In this document: one piece after another, positions 1-12,960 of the stretch
How positions within the stretch are numbered: the stretch's first letter is position 1
How the letters are laid out: the number at the start of each line of letters is the position of its first letter
Assembly (NCBI GenBank): GCA_951406725.2
Contig: OX597823.1
Coordinates: 95,604,001-95,668,000 of the forward strand
Direction of reading: 5' to 3'
Length of the DNA: 64,000 bases
Source of the DNA: Octopus vulgaris
Taxonomy: Eukaryota
Position numbers and translations under genes: made by a program
Notes under the pieces: model-generated
Told to the model about the DNA's origin: nothing
Seen by the model: the letters and a program-made list of their open reading frames with translations, nothing else
Databases searched by the model: none

Positions 1-1311
1 TGTGTTCAGGAAGAGATATTTACACAGGTATGTGTACTTGAAGGTTACCTCTGACAGAAAAAGACCCACCTGTATGCAGGTAGAAATGGGTGGGTACGCG
101 TATGAGTATGTCCTTGTAATGAAGAGACAGAAACATCAAGAGACAAGAACCTGCTGTCAGGAAAACAACTGGTAGTGAGGTGGACAGAATCTCTTGAAGT
201 ATTGCCTTAATCCCCTTTAGGTTGTGAGTTCAAACACTGCCAAAGTCAACATTAACAGGTGATCATATTTTCTCCTCGTGTCTATGTTTGAAATCAAGTT
301 CACAATTTCAGTTACTGTATTCCTGTGCCAGTGGTACGTAAAGAGCACCCACTACAGTCTCAGAGTGGTTGGCATTAGGAAGTGCATCCAGCTGTAAAAA
401 CCTTGCCAGATCTGATTGGAGCCTGGTGTGGCCTCCTGGTTTGCCAGTCCTCAATCAAAACTGTCCAACCCATGCCAGCATGGAAAGTGGACGTTAAACA
501 ATGATGATGATGATGTATTTGATGGTATAAAAGACACACAGGCATATTAAATGCACTCATCATCATTTAATATCCCTTTTCCATGCTAGTATGAGTTGGA
601 TGGTTTGACAGGAGCTGGCAAGGCTGGAGAGCTGCACCAGGCTCCAATTGTCTGTTTTGATATGATTTCTACAGCTGGATGTTCTTCCTCATGCCAACCA
701 CTTTACAGAGTGTACTGGGTGTCTTTTATGCGGCACCAGCATAGGAGCTTTTTATATGACACCAACACCAACAGGATCATTCAGGAACAAAATTTTAGTG
801 CATTAAAGCAGGTAATATTTAAAGTGTATATCGGACTCAGGGTGAATTTTTTGAGACATTTTTTTGGATAAAAAATGTGTATCTTATATGCCATTAAATA
901 CAGTATATCTTCAATTTTGTTCCATAGTTAAGATTGCTAAAAGCTCGTTAAAAGCCATAACACTTGAGAACACATATCCTGCTAAAAATGACAATCAGAA
1001 TAATATTTTAGCTAAAACAAAAAAAAAACAAGGAAACACCCATAATTGGTCTAAACCGACACAACTTCTTAACATCTTCTTCAAGTCACATCCTGTTGTC
1101 TTAGAACAACAACAACAACACACTAGACTGATCTGAAGTTAAATAACAACAATGACCCCTCTTCCCACCCTTCCCACATACCATTGCTGGACATTGGTTG
1201 TGACCTTGATATCTCAGCGTAGTGTTTGTGTTGGAATTTGTGGTAGTGGTAGTAGCAGTGGTTGTGTCATGGTTGTTGCTTAGCTGTAAAGTTATCCAAC
1301 ACCATAAAAAT

Positions 1312-1348
<37 letters not shown>

Positions 1349-1431
1349 GTATGTATATATTCTTAAACAAGAACATTATTGACAGTGACTTCAAAGTTAC
1401 TGTATTCTTGTTTAAGAATAATAAATTTGTA

Positions 1432-1688
1432 CTTTATTTACATTATTTACATTTGTCGGATATTTTTCCTCATCTTGTTTGTTGTTAACACAACATTTTG
1501 GCTGATATACCTTCCAGCCTTCATCAGGTGTCTTGGGGGAAATTTTGAACCTGGGTACTCATTCCTAAGGTATTTTTCAATGTTATTATTATTATTCAGG
1601 TCATTGCCTGGAATCAAACTCAGAATCTTGGGGTTAAGAGCACAGGCTACTAACCCCAAGATTCCGAGTTCGATTCCAAGCAGTGACT

Positions 1689-1731
<43 letters not shown>

Positions 1732-1886
1732 CAACAACAACAATATCGAAAAATACCTCAGGAATGAGAATCCAGGTTCGAAATTTCCCCAAGACACCTG
1801 ATGAAGGCTGGAGAGTATATCAGCCAAAACGTTGTGTTAACAAGATGAGGACAAATATCTGTCAATTGTAATTAATGTAAATAAAG
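1432..1886. mobile_element. Fold-back (head-to-head) pair of a tRNA-headed, hammerhead-bearing Penelope-like/SINE element
   Basis: Arms 1432-~1636 and ~1651-1886 are diverged reverse complements. The centre has pol III A/B-box-like GGTTAAGAGC...GAGTTCGATTCC. Each arm has a CTGATGA..stem..(G>A)AAAYGTT motif. The same family recurs at ~6120-6345 (-) and ~58620-59005. Confidence 0.75.
1793..1838 (+). ncRNA. Minimal type I hammerhead ribozyme motif, degenerate (G12>A)
   Basis: GACAC-CUGAUGA-A-GGCUG..CAGCC-AAAA(for GAAA)-C-GUU-GUGUU. Stems I and II pair and stem III is loopless. A mirror copy lies at 1487-1532 (-). Confidence 0.65.
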
Positions 1887-2232
1887 CCATGCAAAGTATT
1901 AACAACGTACTGTAACTTCTTGAAATGAACATTATGTAATAAATTTCCATTACAGACATTTTTCTGTTTGAAAACACTGTAACTTGATTGGTTTATGTGA
2001 AGTGGCTGAAAACTTTTGCAAGGCTATTTTTGGTGGTCATCTTGCATCTTCCCCCTCATTCACAACCCATGCTACAAAATATAATGATTAGGTATGGAAA
2101 TTATTCCAACAGGGCCAATGTTTTATCTGTGAAAAACGCAATGTGAAACATCCACTTGTAAGTTGGCAATTAGTAGAAATTTACAATATAAAGTGGCCAA
2201 AGACTTTTGCATGGTATTGCACATATATATGT

Positions 2233-3440
2233 CATCATCATCATCATCATCATCGTTGTTTAACGTCTGTTTTCCAAGCTGGCATTGGTTTGACAGTTTG
2301 ACTGGGGACTGGTAAGCCAGGAGGCTGCACCAGGCTCCAATCTGATCTGGCAGTGTTTCTACAGCTGGATGCCCTTCCTAACGCCAACCACTCAGTGAGT
2401 GTAGTGGGTGCTTTTTACATGCCAACGGCACAGGAGCCAGGCAGGCATCGACCATGTTCTGATGGTGCTTTTGACATGTCACTGGCACAGGAGCTAGTCA
2501 GATAGTGGGGACTGGCATCGACCACGTTCAGGTGGTGCATTTCATGTGCCACTGGCACGGAGAGCCAGTCGGGTGGGACTGGTATTGACCCACACTTGAA
2601 TGGTGCTTATTATGTGCTACCAGCATGGGTGCTAGTCAGGTGGAACTGGCATCAACTACAATTTTCATTTTGATTTCGATCTTGATTTGATTTTGATTTT
2701 GATTTTGATTTTACTTGACTCAATAGGTCTTCTCAAGCGCAGGGTAACTCCCAGTAATTCAAAGGTACTTTTTAAATGGGCTGGTTATACGACACTGGTA
2801 TTGGCTACAGCTGTAATCTCACTTTACTTGCCAGGTCTTCTCAATCATAGCATATCTCCAAAGGTCTTTGTCTGTTGTCATTGCCTTTGTGAGGCCCAAC
2901 GTTTGAAGGCCGTGCTTCACCAATTCATCCCATGTCTTCCTAGGTCTCACTCTTCCATGGGTTCCTTCCACTGTTAGGGTGTGACACTTCTTCACACAGC
3001 TCTCCTCATCCATACACAGCACATGACCATACCAGTGCAGTCGTCTCACTTGCACACCACATCTGATGCTTCTTATGTCCAACTTTTCTCTCAGAGCACT
3101 AACACTCTGTTGTGTGTGCACACTGACATTACACATCCAGCAGATCATACTAGCTTCATTTCTTTTAAGCCTACATATGCCATGGCCCATGTTTCACTGC
3201 TGTGTAGCATAGTTTGCACACATGCATCATGCAATCTACCTTTCACTCTGAGTGAGAGGCCCTTTGTCACCAGCAGAGGTAGGAGCTTTCTGAACTTTGC
3301 CCAGGCTATTCTTATTCTAGTGGCAACACTCTCAGAGCATCCATCTCCACTACAGACTTGATCACCTACGTAGCAAAGCTATCAACTACTTCTAGTTTCT
3401 CCCCCTGCGATGTTTATTGCCCCCATGCATCTGCCGCAAA
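2233..3440 (-). mobile_element. RTE-clade non-LTR retrotransposon, 5'-truncated (ORF C-terminus + 3' UTR + (TGA)n tail)
   Basis: Frameshifted translation ..RIRIAWAKFRKLLPLL..SSETW..RRLHWYGHVLCMDEE..GRVRPRKTW..DKDLWR is typical of the RTE C-terminus. The 3' UTR has tandem subrepeats and a (CAT)n end on the + strand. Confidence 0.85.
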
Positions 3441-3730
3441 AACTATCATCCCGGTTAACCTTCTTTTGATATTGCTGCACCTCTTATGTGTCCATAGCTT
3501 ACAGTGGGTACTATATATATGTATGAATATATATATATAATATATATATATCAAAATAAGCAACAAGGATATCCAGAGGTAATGCATATCCTTGTTGCTT
3601 ATTTTGATTATAATCACCCCATTTTGAATTATATCAATAATACCATACTAAATTCTGGTGCCTTTAACTTAAGTACTATATTCAACTGAATCTAAATTTT
3701 TGCTGAACTTATATATATATATATATATAT

Positions 3731-4009
3731 AACAATAATTGAGGAACGACCACAATAGGCCGTTCGACCCACTAGAAAGAGCAGCCAGGGCTCCAACCGC
3801 AAATAGTAGTAATTCCGAAATTTAAGGAAAAATTAAAAAACATTTACCCTGTATCTTTAGACAATGCATTGTTTCGGCGTTTTTTAATGGCAAACCAGCC
3901 TGATTAAATTAAATTAAACCCAATCAAGTCAACCTTCCATAAGGTCACGCCCTGGCTGATCTTTCTAGTGGGTCAAACGGCCTATTGTGGTCGTTCCTCA
4001 ATTATTGTT
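3731..4009. mobile_element. Inverted-repeat Penelope-like relic with half hammerhead
   Basis: ~60-bp terminal inverted repeats (3731-3791 / 3949-4009). The minus strand inside reads CCGAAA-CAAUGCAUUG-UC (palindromic stem III). Homologous to ~37853-38046. Confidence 0.6.
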
Positions 4010-4115
4010 GAATTTATTTATAGTCTCTGACTATTTCCTCTTTCTCACTAGACCACTGGTGGCAAAATAATTTCTATTGAATTTTTTGCCACCCTAAATT
4101 GATTAATATATATAT

Positions 4116-4166
<51 letters not shown>

Positions 4167-5176
4167 TAACAATATATATATATATATATATTGTTATATA
4201 TATGTGTATGTGTATATACATATACATACATATATAACAATATATAACAATATATATATATATACATACACACATATATATATAACAATATATATATATA
4301 TCAGCATCGTCATCATCATGTTTAACATAGATGATGATGATGTTATAGGATTCAATTTATATCTTCTTACATAATATTTCAAAGCTGATGACTGCAAATA
4401 TATTCCACTGCATTTCCATTTTTCTTGTTTGTATCCCTAAATCTCTTTGTATGTGTATATGGATCTATGTCTGTCTGTCTGTCTATTTGTCATTCTGTTT
4501 ATATATCTACTTATTTATCTGTCTATCCATCCATCCATCCATCCAAACACCCCCCACACACACACACAGCCATTTTTTTCTCAAATGAACAAAAATTTGT
4601 TTAGGGTTATTGTTTTCCTTTTATCTGTTCCTCGTTACTTATTCATTCAGTGATTAATTTCTCAGATGAAAAAGTATTTTTCTTTCTGTCCCTGCCACCT
4701 TTTTTTATGTTATATAGTTCGGAGGTGGGAAGGTCATATTTGGAATATTTTCTTCTCTTTCTACCTGAGACTTTTCCTTTCTATATTTTAAAATTTCTCT
4801 AAGATTACATAAATTTTAGACAACAGCAACAACAACAACAACAACAACAACAGTAATAATAACAACAAAAACGAATTAATTGCAATTTTCCTGTGTCACC
4901 TTTCTCTAAAGTTGTCAACCAAGTTCAAACTTTGAAGTTGTTTGGTGGGATTTCAAAGCATGTTGGCTGGTTCAGCAACAACAACAACTGCCAATAGCTT
5001 CTTGATGAGGGTGGCGGTAGTGGTTGCAGTGTGGTGTTTGCAGACCTCACAGAGTGTGGCCATCTTATATATGTGTGTTTGTTTGTAGTCACAGGTATGT
5101 TACATTTAAGGGAGTGGGTTGGCAATTTGGCTCCCACTAGATGATGGTGGGAGCTGTTGGGGGGGATAGTAGTAGT

Positions 5177-5239
<63 letters not shown>

Positions 5240-5399
5240 CATGGTGGAAGTGGTGGCGAGAATTGTTTTGGAGTTGAATGTCAAGAATTCAGATTTATAA
5301 AGAATTGAAAATGCTTTAATTTCTTTCCAAAACTCATTTAGTTGACTCATTTAGTTGATTGAACGGACAGTGATCCAACCCCCACCCTCTCCTCTCTTC

Positions 5400-5457
<58 letters not shown>

Positions 5458-5706
5458 ATGTATATATATGTATGTATATATATATATATAGAGATAGATA
5501 GATAGATGGATAGTGAGATACATACATACATACACACACATATACATATATATACACATTTATATATATACATATATATATGTATACATATATATATACA
5601 CATTTATATATATACATATATATATGTATACATATATATATACACATTTATATATGTATACATATATATATATATATATATACACATTATATATATATAT
5701 GTATAT

Positions 5707-5768
<62 letters not shown>

Positions 5769-5780
5769 AATATGTGTGTA
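5400..5780. repeat. Compound (TA)n/(TG)n/(TACA)n microsatellite
   Basis: Directly visible; source of several spurious YI-rich ORFs. Confidence 0.95.
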
Positions 5781-6794
5781 TCGTAGTGATATATTTTGTT
5801 TCCTGGTTTGAAATCATCCATTTCCTGTGTTATGTCATTTACTGTGAGTTTATAAATGTCATTTGCGATGATTATATATTAAATGCATTATGTGACCATC
5901 ACCGCTGTGGAAGGGTGGTGGCCCTGGTATATTGGCCTAAGTCTGTGTTGAAGATGATGTGTAGGCTAGGGAGGTCAAGTTTTAGCCTTTCAAGAAATTG
6001 GAAAAGATGTTCATAGAGAAGGTGATGGATAGGGTTGGGGGTGTAATTGGAGAGGGTGAAGGATAGAAGTGGAGTGGTACAGGATAGAAGTGTGTATAGA
6101 AGAGGTTGTATATGAGGTTATTTAATACAGTTCTTTATTTAAGAGACGAGGAATTATGTATATTATTTACATTTGATGGATATTTGTCCTCATCTTGTTT
6201 GTTGTTAACACGTTTTGGCTGATATTTCACTTTTGGGTTCTCATTCCTAAGGTATTTTTTGATATTATTATTATTATTATTATCATTGAACTCGGAATCT
6301 TGGGGTTAGTAGCCCACACTCTTAACCACTACACCATATGCCCATGGGCAATTATGGAGTGAATTTTTGGGCCTTATAAATCTTATATTTTCCTATCCTT
6401 CCTTAATACCGGTTCCCATATGCTATTCATATCTGCACTCAGTCTGCTTAGGAGGTTGTTGTGTCCTAGCCTGGAACCTAGAGTTTGGTCTGATTTGAGA
6501 CTAATCTGGAATACTGAGTGTTCTGTGTTGCTATATGAATGTCATCTAATGATAAAATTAGTTCCATAAATGTGATTTTAATGCTGTTAATGTTATATAA
6601 CAAACAACACTCTACACACCCCATTTATATCTGACCAAATTAACTACACATCTACTCTTCTGCACCACACACTTTTTTACCACAGCCATTTTACAATCAG
6701 TTCCCTAATTCCTCAGACCACCAACCAATCGTAGTCACAACATACTCACAGAAGAAAAGAATTTTAAGAATTTCAAGAAAGTACATTGAAATAA

Positions 6795-7516
6795 TGTAAA
6801 GTATAAAAGCCATCTCAATATGGCTAACCACAAAGGGGAGGGGGTGTTACTGTAGATTTTTGGCCCCAGGAGATCATCGTCTCCAGCTGGCTTTAAACAC
6901 ATTTTCTGTGCCCTTTAGGTATTTGCAAAGGGAGGCCATCCCTTTCTCGTAAGCCTGAGTGATACGCACCGGACCGGTTTCAAGATTATTGTCTCTTATC
7001 AACGGGCGGTAATCATCAGATCACGATGAAAGACAAGGCCTGTTTGCAAATATATAAGAGTTTTTCTAGTGACGTCTGCCACTGATTTCGAAAAACTGAC
7101 TGTAAGCATTATTAAATCTCAGAACGAGATGTAAACAGTAATCGCTCGACAATGTAAAGTATAAAAGCCATCTCAATATGGCTAACCACAAAGGGTGGGG
7201 GGTGTTACTGTAGCTTTTTAGCCCCAGGAGATCTTTGTCTCCAGCTGGCTTTAGACACACTTTCTGTGACCTTTAGGTATTTGCAAAGGGAGGCCATCCC
7301 TTTCTCGTAAGCCTGAGAAATGGATGGCCTCCCTTTGCAAATACCTAAAGGTCACAGAAAGTGTGTCTAAAGCCAGCTGGAGACGATGATCTCCTGGGGC
7401 TAAAAAGCTACAGTAACACCCCCTCCCCTTTGTGGTTAGCCATATTGAGATGGCTTTTATACTTTACATTGTCGAGCGATTACTGTTTACATCTTGTTCT
7501 GAGATTTAATAATGCT
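6795..7516 (-). mobile_element. Penelope-like insertion: tandem + inverted pseudo-LTR with 13-bp target site duplication
   Basis: 6793-6958 is repeated directly at 7151-7317. 7101-7299 is inverted at 7322-7520. The unit is flanked by TACATTGAAATAA at 6782-6794 and 7517-7529. Degenerate hammerhead at 6965-7008 (-). Confidence 0.8.
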
Positions 7517-7904
7517 TACATTGAAATAAGTTCTACCAAAAGACAAAATCAAGATTTTCAGAATTCTACAATCACTCCTGTACGTACATTCTATGAAATA
7601 CCGCAATCATTGATACACAAAACACTGCCATATACACATTTTATACATTTAACAAAAATAATTATAGACACATCCAAACATACGCACCACACAGACACAC
7701 ACACACACCACAAGGCTACATAGACAAGTACAACACAATGTCTGTTATACGTGAGAAATAGTGAATTTCATAAAACCCAGAGACAAAGTCAAAGAATGCA
7801 TCGACACCATTCACAGTTGAGATAAGACTTAGCTTCAAACAACGAAGCATCAACAACAACAAAAAAGCTATAAAAAAAAACCCAGAAAACTAACAAATTA
7901 CAAA

Positions 7905-8728
7905 ACTGTGCAAGAGAGACAACTGCACTGGTATGGTCATGTGTTACGAATGGATGAGGACAGCTGTGTTAAAAAGTGCCACACCCTAGCAGTTGAGGGA
8001 ACCTGTGGAAGAGGTAGACCCAGGAAGACTTGGGATGAGGTTGTGAAGCATGACCTTTGAACATTAGGCCTCACCGAGGCAATAACTAGTGACCAAGACC
8101 TTTGGAAATATGCTGTGCTTTAGAAGACCCGTCAAGCCAAATGAGACCATAACCCGTGGCCGATGCTAGTTGTGTATAACCAGCCCACTTATGTGTACCC
8201 TTCATTCATTGGACAATAAACTTTGCTTGTGAAGACCTGTTGAGGCAAGGGACATCAAAATCAGAATTGCTGACGTGGCCAATGATTGGCACTTGTGCCA
8301 GTGGAATGTTAAAAGCACCATCCAAGCGTGATCATTGCTAGGGCCACTGACTGGCTCCCATGCCGGTGGCACATAAAACCATTCAAACATAATCATTACC
8401 AGCATTGCCTTACTGGCACGTGAAACACAACATTTGAACGTGGCCATTGCCAGTGTCACCAGACTGGCTCGCATGCAAGTGGTACCTAAAAAACACCTTT
8501 TGAGTGTGGTCATTGCTAGTACCGCCTGACTGGCCCTCATGCCGGTGGCATGTAAAATACCCACTACACTCTCGGAGTGGTTGGCATTAGGGAGAGCATC
8601 CAGCTGTAGAAACATTGCCAGATCAGATTGGAGCCTGGTGCAGCCTTCTGGCTTGCCAGTCCTCGGTCAAACCGTCTAACTCATGCCAGCACAGAAAGCG
8701 GACGTTAAAAAATGATGAGAATGATGAT
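7905..8728 (+). mobile_element. RTE-clade LINE 3' fragment
   Basis: Reads VQERQLHWYGHVLRMDEDSCVKKCHTLAVEGTCGRGRPRKTWDEVVKHDL*, then the same 3' UTR and tail as 2233-3440. Confidence 0.85.
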
Positions 8729-9908
8729 TTAGTTACAACAACAATGTCTGGTCATGGGGAATATTACCTACTTGGGAAACAAATAGGGGTTCGCAACAGG
8801 AATGGTATCCGACAGTAGAAAATTTGCCTTGGCAAATTCTGTCTGACCCATGCAAGCATGGAAAAGTGGACATTAAAACGATGATTATGATGATGATGAT
8901 GATCAACAACAACATTAATGGTGACATAACAACATTGACAATCAATGTTACTATGGTAACCTCAAGTAATGTTTTTACTCTGTGACACCAAATACCTTTG
9001 TCACATATTTCTTGAAAATCAATGACCAAAAAATGGCAGGAAGAAGATGGGAACACAAAACAAAGCCATGTACATTTGGCCGAGACCACAATGGTGACCT
9101 CCTTCCTGTCACCAGACAGGCAGAAACCAATCAGGAAATCTAAAAACCTCATAAGTCTGGACATGCTAGAATCTTAGTGTTGTTGCAGCGAACTTCAATG
9201 CTTACAATCACCATTACTGTATCATCATCATCATCAGCAACATCATCATCCATTTTCCATTCAGGCATGGGTTGGATGGGTTAACAGGAGCTGGCAAGGC
9301 TGGAGAGCTGCACCACGCCTCAGTTGCCTGTTTAGGCATGGTTTCTACAACTGGATGCCCTTCCACTTTACAGAGTGTAAAGGGTGTTTATATGTGACAC
9401 AGCTTTGGTGCTCTTTATGTGGCACCAGCACAGGGGATTTTTACAAAGTACCACCCTAAAACCACCCTGCTTTATCTCTTCCGCTCAACTCAAAGCATAA
9501 GGAACACAGAGACATAGCTGCAACATCTGGCTCTAAGACCAGCAGTAACAATAAAGGCAGAGTGACAGCAACTTTGGTACTCCAAGTCCACCTTGGTCAT
9601 CTTCATTTTGGCCACCACCAGAATGTGCAAGTGTAAAGAAACCAGTGGAGAGTGGCGAGAGTGCTGTATGTCCAGATGTCACACCACATTTTGCAAGATT
9701 GCTCACTGTGTGTCAGGATGTGACCCTCTGTCAGATGAACAGTGATTTGGAGGTAGTGTCTTGAGGGCTTCCCCATGTGCCATAGGGCCTGATTGATCAC
9801 GACTGATATTGGGGCAACTCAACAACAACAACAGACATACAGGAACAGACTGGACAATAGCAAGTTCACAGCATAACTGGACTGCAACACTACACCCCTT
9901 ACAATTAA

Positions 9909-10373
9909 CACTTTCGTTACTGTATTTCTGTTGAGATGTTCTGTATTTCTTTCAGTTATTTTAGATATAACAAAGAATTTAGTAAAATAACTTAGTTATC
10001 ATTAAGCTAGTGTTAGGAACATTAATTGTGGCTAAGGTTTGGTGGAAGATTTTAATTCAGAACTTATGAAAACAGGACATTTATACTACAGAGTCAGAGG
10101 TGGTTTCAGCCAGATCAATATCGAAAGGGTTAAAAATATCATGGTGACTTTAACCCTTTTGTTACCATATTTCTGTCAAGATGCTCTGTGTTTCTTTCAA
10201 CTAATTTTAAACATAACAAAGAATTTAGTAAACTAACTTAGTTATCATTAAGCTAGTGTTAGGAACATGTATTGTGACTAAAGTTTGGTGGAAGATTTTA
10301 ATTCAAAACTTATGAAAACAAGACATTTTTTCTAGAGCCAGAGGCAGTTTCAGCCAGGCTGATAATGAAAGGG
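9909..10373. mobile_element. Two tandem ~220-bp piggyBac-type MITEs (9909-10129, 10154-10373)
   Basis: Each is flanked by TTAA with C(C/A)CTTT...AAAGGG termini. The two copies align along their length. A partial inverted copy lies at ~34610-34785. Confidence 0.8.
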
Positions 10374-11464
10374 TTAACCACTGCTTGTCATAATGTGCAA
10401 TATATACATTTTGGTGGTGTGCTATATCTGGACCTATTGACTTGTGAAGTGTTCCTAATAATTCAGTTAATCATTCACTTTAATCAAAGTGATTAATGAC
10501 TAATGTCTCTTTATGGATTGGTTTTCAAGCAAGTAACTCTAACAAACTACCTTCATTTTTACTCAAGACAAGAGTATGTTTGTGTGAGTGTGTCTGTATG
10601 TGAGAGTGTGTGTGTATGCTTGTGTGAGTGTGTGTGTGTATGCTTGTGTGTGAGTGTGCATGTGTATGCTTGTGTGTGTGAATGTGTGTGTGTATGCTTG
10701 TGTGTGTGTGCACGCACATGTGTGTATGTTTTGTGTGTGTGTGTATGTTCGTGTGTGAGTGTGTGTGCGTGTGTGTATGTATGCTTTTGTCTGAGTGAGT
10801 GTATGTTTATGCTTGTGAGTGTGTGTGTGAACAAGTGTATGTGCACTTGTATGTGTGCCTCTGTGTGAGTGCATACATGTGTGTGTGTGTGTGTGTGTGT
10901 TGACAGAGCAACCAGTTCTCTGGTTCCCCGTTGCTGACATTTCACAAACCACCAGCTATCACAAATAATGACCCTATCATCAAATAACGAACCAATGGTT
11001 AACGGTAGTGTTCTCACCACCATCTCCACCACTGTCACCATCATAACCACCACCAGCTGTAGCAAATAATTAGTCTATCATGATATGATGAACCAATGGG
11101 CAGCTGTGGTAAACTCCATCACCCCCTCTCCTCCCCCCCACCAAATTACCGAGACTACCTCATCGCAAACCAACCTCCATAACCACACCACCACTACATC
11201 TCTACTACTACCACTACTACGCAACACCATCACCTCTACCACCTCACCATCACTACTTATTATTACCGCAACTATAATTTACTACAGAGAGATTATTGTT
11301 GTTTATGTAGTTGTTATTTGATCGTTGAAACTTACTAAACTGGTGTCTGCTTTTATTTATTTGATTATATTTTTTAATGCTTATCAGCTTTGAGTTCCCC
11401 CCCTCCCCTCCTTCCCCCTCTTCTTCCTCCACATCATCATCATCACTATCAACATCATATTATT

Positions 11465-11815
11465 AAGGAGGCAAGCTGGCAGAATTGTTAGCATGCTTAG
11501 CAATGTTTCCACTGACTTTATATTCTGAGTTCAAATTCTGCTGGGGTCGACTTTTCCTTTCAACCTTTTGGGGCTCAAAGAAATAAGTACCAACCAAGCA
11601 CTGAGGGCGATGAAATTGACTAACCACTCACCACAAACTTTCTGGCCTTGTGCCTATAATAGAAAGATTTATTATTATTATTATTATTATTACTTTTTTT
11701 TTCTTCTTTCAAATTTGCTTCCATTTCTTGCCGAGTGTCTTCCCGACTCCTAGGACAAAGAAACTCATAGTATACATTGGTAGGCCATTAAACCAAACTC
11801 AATAGTTCGTTCATT

Positions 11816-11868
<53 letters not shown>

Positions 11869-12075
11869 GGTGATGAGCTGGCAGAATTGTTAGCATGACG
11901 AGCAAAATGCTTTCGTCCATCTTTATGTTCTGAGTTCAAATTCCACCAAGGTTGACTTTGCCTTTCATCCTTTTGAGGTCAATAAATTAAGTACCAGTCA
12001 AGTTCTGGAGTCAGTGTGAGTGATTGTCCCCCTCCCTACAAAATCCAGGCCTTGTGCCTATAGGTGAAAGGATTA
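11465..12075 (+). mobile_element. Two copies of SINE family B (11465-11670, 11866-12075)
   Basis: Shared GAGCTGGCAGAATTGTTAGC..GAGTTCAAATTC head, GACTTTGCCTTTCATCCTTT..GGTC..TAAGTACCAG core and (TTA)n tail. Confidence 0.8.
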
Positions 12076-12101
12076 TTATTTTTTTTTTCTTTCAAATTTG
12101 C

Positions 12102-12145
<44 letters not shown>

Positions 12146-12470
12146 GGCTCAGTGGTTAGAGCGTCAAACTTACGATCATGATGTTGTGAGTTCGACTCTC
12201 AGACCGGGCTGCGTGTTGTGTTCTTGAGCAAGACACTTTATTTTACGTTGCTCCAGTTCACTTGGCTGTAGAAATGAGTTGTGGCATCACAGGTGCTAAG
12301 CTGTATTGGCCTTTGCCTTTCCCTTGGATAACACTGGTGGCATGGAGCAGGGAGGCCGGTATGCATGGGCGACTGCTGGTCCTCCATAAACAACCTTGCC
12401 TGGACTTGTGACTAGGAAGGTAACTTTCTGGATGCAATCCTATGGTCAGTCATGACCAAAGAAGGTCTCA
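12146..12470 (+). mobile_element. tRNA-derived SINE family D (CORE/V-like central motif)
   Basis: A box GGCTCAGTGGTTAGAGC, B box GAGTTCGACTC, then TGTGTTCTTGAGCAAGACACTT. Partial relatives lie at ~39590-39705 (+) and ~47635-47770 (-). Confidence 0.7.
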
Positions 12471-12787
12471 GCATCATTATTATTATTATTAGTAGTAGTA
12501 GTAGTAGTAGTAATAGTATTAGTATTAGTATTAGTATTAGTATTATTATGATTATTGTGGTTGTTGTTGTTATTTTTCTTCTTTCGATTTTCTTCCCGTT
12601 TCTTGCTGAGTGTGGCTTTGTTTCCCTTTCTTACCAAATGTGGCCTTGCTTTAATTCATACAAGTTGTACCCAAGAAGCAACAAGGTTTTGCATCCAAAG
12701 ATGGCTAACATGTGAGGTGCCATGCAATTGAAAACACTGATGTTTGTAGGGAGTCAAAAAGTACATACTGAATGTGTAAAGTTGCAT

Positions 12788-12960
12788 TTACATGGAAAGG
12801 AATTTACATAGAATATGTGAGGTGGCCATAAGTAGGATCTTTTGCAATTCATTTATTTTGGGGTTGTTAGGTATTTGGTCCCCATATTTGTTGTGCTCCT
12901 CTTGATGTCATTATAAGTGCCCCAGTGATAATGGGTAATGTTGTTACTTTGAGATGCAAA
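12788..12960 (-). mobile_element. R4/Dong-like (RLE) retrotransposon ORF C-terminal relic
   Basis: Minus strand reads HLKVTTLPIITGAL...LQKILLMATSHILCKFLSM*. This resembles, from memory, the R4-clade terminus (IPVVIGALG..LQK..LLGTAHILRKVL). Confidence 0.6.

Noticed and set aside
10-27. Possible 18-nt microexon CAG|GAAGAGATATTTACACAG|GTATGT
   Set aside because: The acceptor context is cut off by the window edge and cannot be assessed.
5780-6100. Penelope GIY-YIG C-terminal relic on the minus strand
   Set aside because: Only a faint resemblance (FINS..HRKW) with several stops; not supportable without alignment.
12146-12210. Functional tRNA genes at SINE heads (also 1630, 26318, 60282)
   Set aside because: A/B boxes are present, but there is no complete cloverleaf and each head is fused to a repeat body.
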